A stretch of DNA of 64,000 nucleotides from an uncultured Actinomycetota bacterium. GTDB taxonomy: Bacteria; Actinomycetota; Actinomycetes; Propionibacteriales; Nocardioidaceae. The stretch spans positions 116,016 through 180,015 of the forward strand of contig CAVVQR010000017.1 in the NCBI GenBank assembly GCA_963750445.1, read 5' to 3'. The translations under genes and the position numbers were made by a program. Position 1 is the stretch's first letter. Each line of letters starts with the position of its first letter. A model generated the notes under the pieces. The model made no database searches. It was not told the DNA's origin and was given only the letters and a program-made list of their open reading frames with translations. Shown piece after piece: positions 48,757 to 58,690 of the stretch.

Positions 48757-49839
48757 ATGCAGAACACCGCCGGCACCAACACCGGGACGCAGATGGCGTC
48801 CGAGATCGCCGAGCAGCCGTCCGCCGCCCGGCGGACCCTCGAGCACCTGCTGCCCGAGAGGTCGCGCCTCCGCGACCTGACCGAGGGACGGAGCCGGGTG
48901 CTCCTCGTGGCGCGCGGCTCCAGCGACAACGCCGCGATCTACGGCCGCTACCTGCTCGAGGTGGCCGCGGGGGTGCCGGCGTCGCTCGCCGCGCCGAGCG
49001 TCGCGACGCACTACCGCTCGCGACTCGACCTGTCGGACACCCTGGTCGTCTCGGTGTCGCAGTCCGGGGCCACGACCGAGATCGTCGAGACCCAGCAGTG
49101 GGCGCGCGAGTGCGGCGCCGCGACGGTCGGCGTGACCAACGTGGCGGACTCGCCACTGGCCGACGCCGCCGACGTGGCCCTCGTGACCCAGGCGGGCCCC
49201 GAGCTCGCGGTGCCGGCGACGAAGACCTACCTCACCCAGATGGTGGCCCTCGGCGTGCTCGCAGACGCCCTCTCCGACCACCCGCTGCCGGAGGGGGGTC
49301 TCGCAGCCGACCTCGACCGCGTCCCGGACGCGGTGGCCGGGCTGCTCGGTGCCGACGTGTCGGCCGCGGCCGAGGCACTGGCCGGTGCGGACCGGGTGGT
49401 CGTGTCGGGTCGCGGACTGCTGCTCGGCACCGCGCTCGAGACCGCGCTCAAGATGGAGGAGACCTGCCTGCGACCGGTGCGCGGCTACTCCTACGCCGAC
49501 CTGCGCCACGGGCCGATCTCGGTGGTCAGCGACGGGCTGCTGGCGGTCCTCGTCGGCGCTGCCGACGGCCCGCTCGCGGAGCCGATGGTCGACCTGGTCC
49601 GCGACCTCCGGGGCCGCGGCGCCCGGGTGCTCGGCATCGGGGGCACGCCGGCGTTCGCCGACCTGTGCGACCTGCACCTCGCCGGTCCGGACCTTCCCGA
49701 GACCGTCGAGCCGATCGCCTCGATCGTGCCGGCCCAGCTGATGATCGAGCAGATGGCGCTGCGCATGGGCCTCGACCCCGACAATCCCCGCGGCCTCAAC
49801 AAGGTCACCCAGACCGAGTTCGACCCCGCCGCTGGTTGA
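48757..49839 (+). CDS. Double-SIS glucosamine-6-phosphate deaminase (NagB-II/GlmS-isomerase-like)
   Basis: MASEIAEQP, ARGSSDNA, SQSG.T, VPATKTY, LKMEET, HGP, NPRGLNKVT; no glutaminase domain. Confidence 0.85.
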   Translation: MQNTAGTNTGTQMASEIAEQPSAARRTLEHLLPERSRLRDLTEGRSRVLLVARGSSDNAAIYGRYLLEVAAGVPASLAAPSVATHYRSRLDLSDTLVVSVSQSGATTEIVETQQWARECGAATVGVTNVADSPLADAADVALVTQAGPELAVPATKTYLTQMVALGVLADALSDHPLPEGGLAADLDRVPDAVAGLLGADVSAAAEALAGADRVVVSGRGLLLGTALETALKMEETCLRPVRGYSYADLRHGPISVVSDGLLAVLVGAADGPLAEPMVDLVRDLRGRGARVLGIGGTPAFADLCDLHLAGPDLPETVEPIASIVPAQLMIEQMALRMGLDPDNPRGLNKVTQTEFDPAAG

Positions 49840-49964
49840 GGAGGTTGCGCAGCCCTCGCTCCGCTGGTTGAGGAGGTTGCGCAGCCCTCGCTCCGCTGGT
49901 TGAGGAGGTTGCGCAGCCCTCGCTCCGCTGGTTGAGGAGGTTGCGCAGCAACCGTCACGAAACC
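49829..49964 (+). repeat. Tandem array of a 32-bp REP-like unit (three identical units plus one complete element)
   Basis: CCGCTGGTTGAGGAGGTTGCGCAGCCCTCGCT at 49829, 49861, 49893; fourth copy at 49925 ends AACCGTCACGAAACC. Confidence 0.9.
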
Positions 49965-49999
49965 AAGGTTGACCCACACCCACGAAAGGTTCTGAAGAC

Positions 50000-50233
50000 A
50001 TGAGCAGCAAGGCAGAGCAGATCCTGGCCGGCCTCGGCGGCGCGGACAACATCGTCGAGATCGAGGCCTGCATCACCCGCCTCCGCACCGAGGTCAAGGA
50101 CGGCGCCCTCGTGGACCAGGCCGTGCTGAAGGCCGCCGGCGCCCACGGTGTGATGGCCAGCGGCACCATCGTCCAGGTCGTCGTCGGGCCCGAGGCGGAC
50201 AACCTCGCCGACGACATCGAGGACTTGATGTGA
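50000..50233 (+). CDS. PTS EIIB component (stand-alone, NagF-like)
   Basis: GLGGADNI..IEACITRLR phospho-Cys motif; GAAAGG RBS. Confidence 0.92.
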   Translation: MSSKAEQILAGLGGADNIVEIEACITRLRTEVKDGALVDQAVLKAAGAHGVMASGTIVQVVVGPEADNLADDIEDLM

Positions 50234-50700
50234 CGGCTTCTTCCCAGGACGTGCTGGCTCCCTGTCCGGGCCGGGTCATCGCGATGGGCGACGTCCCCGA
50301 CCCCGTGTTCGCCGAGGAGATGGTCGGCCCCGGTGTCGCCATCGAGCCCGCGCCCGGTCCGACCACGGTCGTCTCGCCGATCGCAGGCAAGGTCCTCAAG
50401 GTCCTGCCGCACGCGTTCGTGGTGCTCGGCGACGGCGTCGGCGTCCTGGTCCACCTCGGCATCAACACCGTCCGGCTCGAGGGCGAGGGCTTCGAGGTGC
50501 TCGCCACCCAGGGGAGTGAGGTCGCTGCCGGCGACCCGATGATCACCTGGGACCCGTCCACGCTTCCCGCGTCAGCGGGCGGGCAGGACGTCTCGCCGGT
50601 CGTGCCTGTCGTGCTGATGGACGGCGTCAAGGGCTCGGTGACGAGCGAGGCGATCGGCGGCTCCGTCGCGGCCGGCGACCTGCTCTTCACCACTCCATGA
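50230..50700 (+). CDS. crr: PTS EIIA component
   Basis: VPDPVFA..MVGPG, HAF, LVHLGINTV.L.GEGF. Confidence 0.9.
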   Translation: MTASSQDVLAPCPGRVIAMGDVPDPVFAEEMVGPGVAIEPAPGPTTVVSPIAGKVLKVLPHAFVVLGDGVGVLVHLGINTVRLEGEGFEVLATQGSEVAAGDPMITWDPSTLPASAGGQDVSPVVPVVLMDGVKGSVTSEAIGGSVAAGDLLFTTP

Positions 50701-51401
50701 GCCGGGACCGTCTCCTGCCCGCGACGCGGCCCACGGCACTGCTGCTCGACCTCGACGGCACCCTGGTCGACTCCGAACCGATCCACCGCGAGGGCTACCG
50801 CGCCTACTTCGCCCACCGCGGCTGGGACGTCCCCGACCTCGGCATCTTCACGGGCCGCCGGGCCGAGGACGTGTTCGCGACCGAGCCGGGCCCCTGGGCC
50901 GGACGTGACCCGTCCGAGGTGCTGGCCGAGGTCCTCCAGCACGTCCCCGACGTCGCGGCCGATCCCGTCCCGGGCGCCCGCGACCTGATCCTCGGGGCCC
51001 GTGCCGCGGGCGTACCCGTCGCGATCGTCACCTCGGCCGGACCGGCGTGGGTCGAGCGGTCCCTGGTCGACTCGCTGTCCCTGGGCCTCGACGGCGTCGA
51101 CGTGGTCGTGACCGCCCGCGACGTGGCCGACGGCAAGCCCGACCCGGCCGGCTTCGCGCTGGCCTGCGAGCGGCTCCGCGCCGACCCGGCCGGGGCGATC
51201 GCTGCCGAGGACTCACCCGCCGGCATCCGCGCCGCGATCGGCGCCGGCGTCGTCCGGGTGCACGGCATCGGGACCTCCCACACGACCGACGTGCTGCTCG
51301 ACGCCGGCGCGGTGGAGGTGCACGACGACCTCCGCCCGCTGCTGGAGCTCGTGCGCCACCGCTCCGCCGGGGACCCCGCAGACATCCCCCGGGGCAGCTA
51401 G
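50697..51401 (+). CDS. HAD-family phosphatase
   Basis: DLDGTLVDS, IVTS, GKPDP, EDSPAG. Confidence 0.9.
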   Translation: MSRDRLLPATRPTALLLDLDGTLVDSEPIHREGYRAYFAHRGWDVPDLGIFTGRRAEDVFATEPGPWAGRDPSEVLAEVLQHVPDVAADPVPGARDLILGARAAGVPVAIVTSAGPAWVERSLVDSLSLGLDGVDVVVTARDVADGKPDPAGFALACERLRADPAGAIAAEDSPAGIRAAIGAGVVRVHGIGTSHTTDVLLDAGAVEVHDDLRPLLELVRHRSAGDPADIPRGS

Positions 51402-52928
51402 GCGCTGACGGGCTCCTCGCCCGACGCCGAGGACGCGGAGGGCAGCCGGACCTCGACGCGGGTGCCACGACCGGGGTGCGAGTGCACCTCGATCGTGCCG
51501 CCGTGCCGCTTGACGGCGGTCTGCACGATGGCCATGCCGAGGCCGGAGCCGGGGATGTTGCTCTTCCGGGCGTCGGTGGACCGGTGGAACGGGGTGAACA
51601 TCAGCCCGAGGTCGCGCGACGACATGCCGATGCCCTCGTCGGTGCAGGTGAACAGCACCTCGTTGCCCTCGACGCCGAGCGTGATCAGGACGACGCCCCC
51701 GTCCGGGGTGTACTTGACGGCGTTGCCGACGATGTTGTCGACGACCATCTCGAGCTCGCTCCGGTCACCCGCGACGTAGGCGCTCGGCCCGACGCCGGAG
51801 GTGTCGAGCTGCACACCGACGGCCTGTGCCGGGTGCTGGCTCTCCGCGACGCAGCCCGCGACGACCTCGCGCAGGTCGATGACCTCCTCCTCGGGCATCC
51901 GCGTCCGCTCCTCGAGGCTCGCCAGGGCGAGGAGGGAGTCGACGCTGCTCTCGAGGAGGATCGCGGAACGCTCGATCGCGGCGAGTCCGCCGGCCGTCTC
52001 CTCCGAGCCCGAGGCATCGACCTCCTGCCGCTCGGCGGTCAGCTCCTCGACGTGCAGCCGGATGCTGGTGAGCGGGGTGCGCAGCTGGTGGGCGAGGGTC
52101 GCGGTGAACCAGCTCTTGTGGTCGCTGAGCTCGCGCAGCTGCGCGATGAGCTCCTGCTGGCGCTGGAAGGCGCGGGCGTGGCGTACGGCGTTGCCGACCT
52201 CGCGCCCGATGGCGAGCACGGCCTCGACGTCGTCCGGTCCGAACGGCTCGTGCACCTCCGCGCGGGTCAGTGCGATCCAGCCTTCGCACTGCCCGTCGGC
52301 CCCCATGGGGGCCAGCAGCAGCTCCCGCGCGCCCACCCGCTTCATGAAGTCGACGGCGAAGTCGCGATCGGCCGGCGTGGTGAGCGGCTCGCTGTCGGGC
52401 TCGTCGAGGTGCATCAGGAGGGCGGTCTGCCGCTCCCAGCAGACCTGCGCGGCGTCGCTGGCGATGTCGACCACGGCGGCGTCGAGCAGGGTGTCGATCT
52501 GCCGCGGGAACGATGCGGCGTAGGGCTGGCTGCCCGACGGCGCGTCCAGGAGCCTCGAACGCCCGGATCGAGGCGCCCTGGCACTGCATGACGCGGCGCA
52601 GGGCACGGACCGCGGCGGACAGGACCAGGTCCACGTCGCGGTCCTTGACGGCCGCCTCGACGACCTCCGCGACGGCGCTGCGGAGCTGGACCCGTCGGCG
52701 CTCGACCCGGCGTGCCGCCGAGGCGCGCATGTGGGCGGAGAGGAGCACCCCGACCACCTCGACCATGACCGGGTCGCGGCCCCGACCGGTGTAGGCGGCG
52801 TCGGATCCGGCCGCGACGCGGGAGACCTCCTGGAGGAGCTCGTAGGCCTGCTCGCTGCCCAGGTCCGCGAGTGCGGCCACGCCGTCGGCCAGGATCTCCC
52901 GAGCGCCCAGCGGCGACTCCGTGGCCAA
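51398..52928 (-). CDS. GAF-containing sensor histidine kinase (frameshift near 52555)
   Basis: H box AHQLRTPL, N box NIVGNAVKY, G1 DEGIG, G2 GSGLG; TTG start after GGAGG. Confidence 0.85.
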
Positions 52929-53051
52929 GCTGTCCTCCCTCGACGTTCCCCGTGATGCCCCATTATGTGACCTACGTCCCAGTCGGCACACCGCATCGCG
53001 CAGATCGGGTGACCGGAGGAGCGGGGCGGCACCACGCCTGCGCCGCCCCGT

Positions 53052-54216
53052 TCACGGACCCTGCCGACCCGGCCCGCCCCGGCCGGCCTCCTCGAGGGCG
53101 GTCACCGCCGACCCGATGTCCGGCAGCGCCCGCAGCTCGTCGGCCACGGCCCGACAGCGCTCACGCAGGCGGTCATCGGCCAGGGCTGCGCCCACGGCCC
53201 GCCCGATGTCGGTCGGCGTCGCGGACGAGGCGTCGAGGGTGGCGGCGAGGCCGAGCTCACCGGCGCGGCTCGCGTTGTGCGGCTGGTCGGCGCCGAGGGG
53301 CAGGAGCAGCGACGGGAGCCCGTGGGCCAGTGCGGCGACCAGGCTGCCCGAGCCGCCGTGCGACACGACGAGGTCGGACTCGCGCATGGCCTCGTCCTGC
53401 GGCACGAACCGCTCCACACGCACGTGGGCCGGCTGCGGACCGAGCACGTCGGGGTCGATCCCGCGGCCGACCGTCACCAGCGCGTCTGCGTCGACGTCGG
53501 CCAGTCCGGCCACGAGCCGCTCGAAGAGGTCACCCGACGTGGTGTTGAAGATCGTGCCGAGCGTGACGTAGACCCGTGGGCGACCTGCGCCGCGCGGGCG
53601 GCGCGGGCGGGGGATCCGCCGACCGGAAGTGGGTCGGCGTGACCAGCAGCGGCGACGCCGGGCTGCGGAACGACGGCGGGAAGGGCGACAGCACCAGCCC
53701 CGAGGTCAGCCGCGACAGGCCGGGGTCCGGCGCCAACCCGTGCTCGGCGCGTACGACGTCGAGGGGCGGGGCGACCAGCTCGGGGCGGATCAGCAGCCCC
53801 GAGGCCAGCACGAGCTGGGTGGCGACGGGCACCCCGAGCAGCTCGGCGGCGATCGTCGTGCCGAGGTCCGTCTCGTCGCGGACCACGAGGTCGGGTCGGA
53901 ACTCCTCGATCACCCCCGGGACTGCGGCGGCCATCCGGCGGGCACCCCGGTCGGCGAAGTTCTGCCCGAACTCGACCTCGGCAGCGTGCGCGTCGGTCGC
54001 CGCCAGCGGCGTGAGGTCGCGTGCCGCCGATCCTCCGGCGTGGTGCCGGGGCGCGCTGGTGGCGAAGGCGGGGAACCCGGCCGCCTCGATCTGGGGCACC
54101 AGGCCGCCAGATCCGGCCACGGCCACGTCGTGCCCGGCGTCGCGCGCAGCCCGGGCCAGGGGCAGCAGAGGGGCCAGGTGACCCAGCCCGCCGACGAAGG
54201 TGACGAGGATCCGCAT
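53052..54216 (-). CDS. GT1 (MGT/UDP-glycosyltransferase-like) glycosyltransferase (frameshift near 53575-53600)
   Basis: GGLGHLAP...GHDV, YVTLGT, VVSHGGSGS, PLGADQPHNA. Confidence 0.85.
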
Positions 54217-54230
54217 GGTCGGGGAAGCCT

Positions 54231-54294
54231 ACGACAGCGATTTGGAAATCGTTATCGACATCGATTGACACGCTGGCGATCGGTGTTGCAGGCT
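54231..54294. promoter_or_regulatory. LacI-type operator cluster overlapping a TTGACA promoter
   Basis: Three CG-centred pseudo-palindromes (GACAGCGATTTG, GAAATCGTTATC, GACATCGATTGA); TTGACA 54265-54270, CAGGCT 54289-54294. Confidence 0.55.
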
Positions 54295-54345
54295 GCCTCA
54301 GTGTGATCCACGTCATAGGGGCGTGGGCGGAGAGGACCGATCGAG

Positions 54346-55633
54346 ATGCGGAAGCAGACACGAGGCGCGGCGCTGGCTCTGCTGTGCGTGGGGATGTCGT
54401 TCACGGCGGCCTGCGGCAGCGGCGACGACTCCGCCGGCGGCGATGACGACAACACCATCACGTGGTGGCACAACTCCAACAACGAGCCCGGCAAGGGCTA
54501 CTACGAGAAGGTCGCGGCCGACTTCGAGGCCGACCACCCCGGCATCACCGTCGAGGTCACGGCGATGGCGCACGAGGACATGGTCGACAAGCTCGCCGCG
54601 GCCTTCCAGAGCGGCGACCTGCCGGACATCTACATGGAGCGCGGTGGCGGCGAGCTCGCCGCCCACGTCGACGCCGGCCTGACGCGCGACCTGAGCGACG
54701 ACGCCGCCGACGAGATCGAGGCCATCGGCGGCTCCGTGGCCGGGTGGCAGGTCGACGACCGGACCTACGCCCTGCCGTTCTCCCTCGGCGTGGTCGGCGT
54801 CTGGTACAACACCGACGACTTCGAGGCCGCCGACGTCACCCCGCCCACCACGATGGCCGAGTGGGAGACCGTCAACGCCGACCTCGAGGCGGCCGGCACG
54901 ACGCCGCTGTCCCTCGGCGCCGGTGACAAGTGGCCGGCAGCCCACTACTGGTACTACGCGGCCGTGCGCAGCTGCAGCCAGGACGTGCTGACCCAGGCGG
55001 TCGCCGACCTCGACTTCTCCGACCCCTGCTTCGTCAAGGCGGGCGAGGTCGTCCAGGACTTCATCGGGACCGAGCCGTTCAACAAGGGCTTCCTCGCCAC
55101 GCCGGCGCAGGAGGGGGCGACATCGGCCTCCGGCCTGCTCGCCGCGGGCAAGGTGGCCAGCGAGATGCAGGGCCACTGGGAGCCCGGTGTCATGCAGGGC
55201 CTGACCGATGACGGCAAGGGCCTCGGCGACAAGACCGGCTGGTTCCCGTTCCCCGCGGTCGAGGGCGGTGCCGGCGATCCGGCGGCCGCACTGGGCGGCG
55301 GAGACGCGTGGGCCGTCTCGGAAGGTGCGCCCGACACCGCCGTCGACCTGGTCAAGTACCTCCTCAGCGAGGACGTGCAGCGCGGCTTCGCGGAGAACGA
55401 CATGGGTCTGCCGACGCTTCCCGCAGCGACCGACGCGGTGAGCGACCCGGTGCTCGCCGACCTGATCCAGGTGCGCGACGACGCCCCGTTCGTCCAGCTC
55501 TACTTCGACACGGCCTTCGGTGAGTCGATCGGTGGCGCGATGAACGACGAGATCGCGCTGATGTTCGCCGGTGAGGCCACGTCCGCAGGACATCGTGGAC
55601 GCCATGCAGCAGGCTGCCGACGAGCAGGGCTGA
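54346..55633 (+). CDS. Sugar ABC substrate-binding lipoprotein (frameshift near 55585)
   Basis: FTAAC lipobox, ITWWH, LPDIY, TYALP, WYNTD, LGGGD. Confidence 0.88.
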
Positions 55634-55642
55634 GTCCGCACG

Positions 55643-55668
55643 GGCGGGGATCCGGTCGGATCCCCGCC
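55643..55668 (+). other. Intercistronic hairpin after the SBP gene (probable mRNA stabiliser)
   Basis: GGCGGGGATCCG-GT-CGGATCCCCGCC. Confidence 0.55.
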
Positions 55669-55698
55669 ACTCCGCTCCACCGAACACCGAGAGGCGCC

Positions 55699-56698
55699 GT
55701 GAGCCTGCCCGTACACCCGATCACCGCCCCGGACCCGGGCATCGGTCGAGCCCCCGCCGGGGGCGCGACCCGTCGAACCGCCGTCGCGTCGCGTCCCCCG
55801 GGCCGGCCGCCGTGCCGCCTGGCGCACACGGGTGGAGATCCTGGTCTTCATCCTTCCCGCCCTCACGCTGATGGGTCTGTTCGTCGCGTGGCCCGTCGTC
55901 TCGGCGGTGCGGATGTCGCTCTACCGGTGGCGCGGCTTCGGCCCGATGGACGACTTCGTCGGGCTGCGCAACTACCAGCGGGTGCTCACCGACGAGGTGT
56001 TCACCCAGGCGGTCACGCACAACCTGGTCATCGTGGTCCTCAGCATCCTGATCCAGCTGCCGCTGGGCCTCGGGGTCGCGCTGCTCCTCAACCGCTCGAT
56101 GCGCGGACGTGGCCTGGTGCGCACCTTGATCTTCGTGCCCTACGTCCTCGCCGAGGTGATCGCCGGCGTCATCTGGTTCCAGCTGCTGATCCCCGACACC
56201 GGGGTGGTGGACGGACTGCTCGGTGGCGTCGGGATCTCCCCGCCCGACCAGGGGTTCCTCGGCACGCCGGGCCTGGCGCTCTGGGCGGTCATGGCCGTCC
56301 TCACCTGGAAGTACCTCGGGCTGGCGATCCTGCTCTTCCTGGCGGGGCTGCAGACCCTGCCCGAGGACGTCTACGAAGCGGCGCAGCTCGACGGAGCCTC
56401 GTGGTGGCAGACGCAGTGGCGCATCGTCATCCCCCTGCTCGGCCCGACCATCCGCACCTGGTGCTTCCTGTCGATGATCGGCTCGCTGCAGCTCTTCGAC
56501 ATGGTCTGGGTGCTGACCGGTGGCGGTCCGGCCAACGCCACCACGACCATGGCGACCTACCTGATCACCCAGGGCACCCAGCGGGGCAACTACGGCATCG
56601 CCGGTGCCGCCTCGGTCGTCCTGTTCGTCATCGGCGTGGTCATGGCCGCGCTCTACCAGCGTCTCGTGCTCCGGCGAGACACCCACGTCGAGAGGTGA
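55699..56698 (+). CDS. Carbohydrate ABC permease (frameshift near 55810)
   Basis: FVGLRNY, VYEAAQLDGAS, LQLFD, TGGGP. Confidence 0.9.
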
Positions 56699-57606
56699 GC
56701 ACCGTGCCCCCCACCAGCCTGGCCGACCGTGCCGAGCCGAGCGTCCGGTCGCGACGTCCGGCACGCCCTCGGCGCGGCCGCCGGCACGTGCACGGCGGCG
56801 GCAACCCGGCGGTCTACGTGATCGCCCTCGCCGTCGTGGCCCTGAGCGTCGGGCCGGTGCTCTACGGCGCGCTCAACGGCTTCCGGTCCAACGAGCAGCT
56901 GGCCCGCGACCCAGCGGGCCTGCCGAGCCCGTGGCGCCTCGACAACTACACGGCCGTGTTCACCAATCCCGACTTCTGGCGCTACGCCACCAACTCGATG
57001 GCGGTCGCGGCCCTGACCACCGTGATCGCGGTCGGCGCCGGGGTGATGGCCGCCTACCCGCTGGCGCGCTACACCTTCCGGTTCCGCGAGCCGCTCTTCA
57101 TGGTCTTCGTCCTCGGCCTGCTGTTCCCCCTCGCCACGGCGATCATCCCGCTGTCCATCTTCATCAGCCGCGACCTGCAGCTGTCCAACACGTGGTGGGG
57201 GGTGGCGCTGCCCCAGGCCGCCTTCGCGCTTCCGGTGACGGTCGTGATCCTCCGCCCGTTCCTGATGGCGCTGCCGCGGGAGCTCGAGGAGGCCGCCCTC
57301 ATCGACGGCGCGTCGCGGATCGGGGTCTTCTGGCGGATCGCCGTCCCGCTCAGCCGGCCCGCCCTGATCACCGTGGGCGTGCTGGCGTTCGTCGGGTCCT
57401 GGAACTCCTACCTGCTGCCCCTGCTCGTCCTGCAGGGCGACATGCGCACGCTGCCCCTCGGCGTCGCCGACTACTCCACCCAGTACTCCGCCGACACCGC
57501 CGGCGTGCTGGCCTTCACGACGGTCGCGACGCTGCCGGCACTCATACTCTTCCTAGCCCTGCAGGGCCGGATCGTGAACGGCCTGCAGGGCGCGGTGAAG
57601 GGATGA
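56695..57606 (+). CDS. Carbohydrate ABC permease
   Basis: ELEEAALIDGAS, WNSYLLPL, GAVKG. Confidence 0.9.
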   Translation: MSTVPPTSLADRAEPSVRSRRPARPRRGRRHVHGGGNPAVYVIALAVVALSVGPVLYGALNGFRSNEQLARDPAGLPSPWRLDNYTAVFTNPDFWRYATNSMAVAALTTVIAVGAGVMAAYPLARYTFRFREPLFMVFVLGLLFPLATAIIPLSIFISRDLQLSNTWWGVALPQAAFALPVTVVILRPFLMALPRELEEAALIDGASRIGVFWRIAVPLSRPALITVGVLAFVGSWNSYLLPLLVLQGDMRTLPLGVADYSTQYSADTAGVLAFTTVATLPALILFLALQGRIVNGLQGAVKG

Positions 57607-57636
57607 CGAGGATGGTGGGAATGGCAGGCCAGCCCC

Positions 57637-58690
57637 GTGGGGTCGACGACCTCGCCGCCGGTGACCGGCGCGCGGTCCCGTCGACGCGTGACCATGCAGC
57701 AGGTCGCCGTCGAGGCGGGGGTCTCGGTGTCGACGGTGTCGAAGGTGATCAACGGCCGCTACGGCATCTCGGTGGCCACCGCGGCGCACGTCAGCGGGGT
57801 GATCGAGAGGCTGGGCTACGAGACGAGCCTGGTCGCCCGCAGCCTGCGCAACCAGCGCACCAACGTGATCGGCGTGCTGGTCGCCGACTTCGAGCCCTTC
57901 AGCACCGAGGTCCTCAAGGGCGCGGCGGACGCGATCCGCGGGTCCGGCTTCGAGCTGGTCGCCTACTCGGCCGGGGGCCGCGTCGACGAGCACGTGGGAT
58001 GGGAGCGCCGCTACCTCTCGCGACTGATGGGCACCCTCGTCGACGGTGCCGTCCTGGTGACCCCGACCGTCACCGACGTCGACAGCGACGGACCCGTGGT
58101 CGCCATCGACCCCCACACCGGCAGCACGACCATCCCGACCGTCACGGCCCACAACCTGCAGGGGGCGCACGCCGGCGTCCGGCACCTCCTCGAGCTCGGG
58201 CACACCCGCATCGGCATGGTGACCGGCCGCGTCGACCTGGTGTCGGCCCAGCTGCGCGAGCAGGGCTTCCGCGACGCGCTCGCCGAGGCGGGTGTCACCG
58301 TCGACGAGTCGCTCGTCCTGCCCGGCGCGTTCGAGGCCGACGTGGCGCGGGAGGCTGCCCACCGCCTGTTGAGCCGGCCCGGTCGTCCGACGGCGATCTT
58401 CGCCGCGAGCGACCAGATGGCCCTCGCGGTCCTCGACGTCGCCCGCGAGCTCGGCATCGGACGTCCCGGACGACCTCTCGGTCGTCGGCTTCGACAACAT
58501 CCCCGAGTCCGCGCTCTCCGAACCCCCGCTGACGACCGTCCAGCAGCCCATCCGCGAGATGGGCCGCCACGCCGTCGCGCTGCTCATCGAGCTGATCGAG
58601 GGCCGCGAGCCTGACGACCTGCACCGCACGCTGGGCACCGACCTGGTGCTGCGTCGCTCCACCCGAGCCCTCGGAGGTACGCCGTCGTGA
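57637..58690 (+). CDS. LacI-family regulator (frameshift near 58465)
   Basis: TMQQVAVEAGVSVSTVSKVIN, ARSL, LGHTRI, PTAIFAASD; SVVGFDN..PLTTVQQP in the shifted frame. Confidence 0.9.

Noticed and set aside
49829-49964. Possible CRISPR array
   Set aside because: The units are head-to-tail and identical, with no unique spacers, and there are no cas genes in the window
54346-57606. Apparent 1086-aa SBP-permease fusion in the ORF track
   Set aside because: Produced by a frameshift near 55585 and read-through; separate SBP and two permease genes have their own starts and stops
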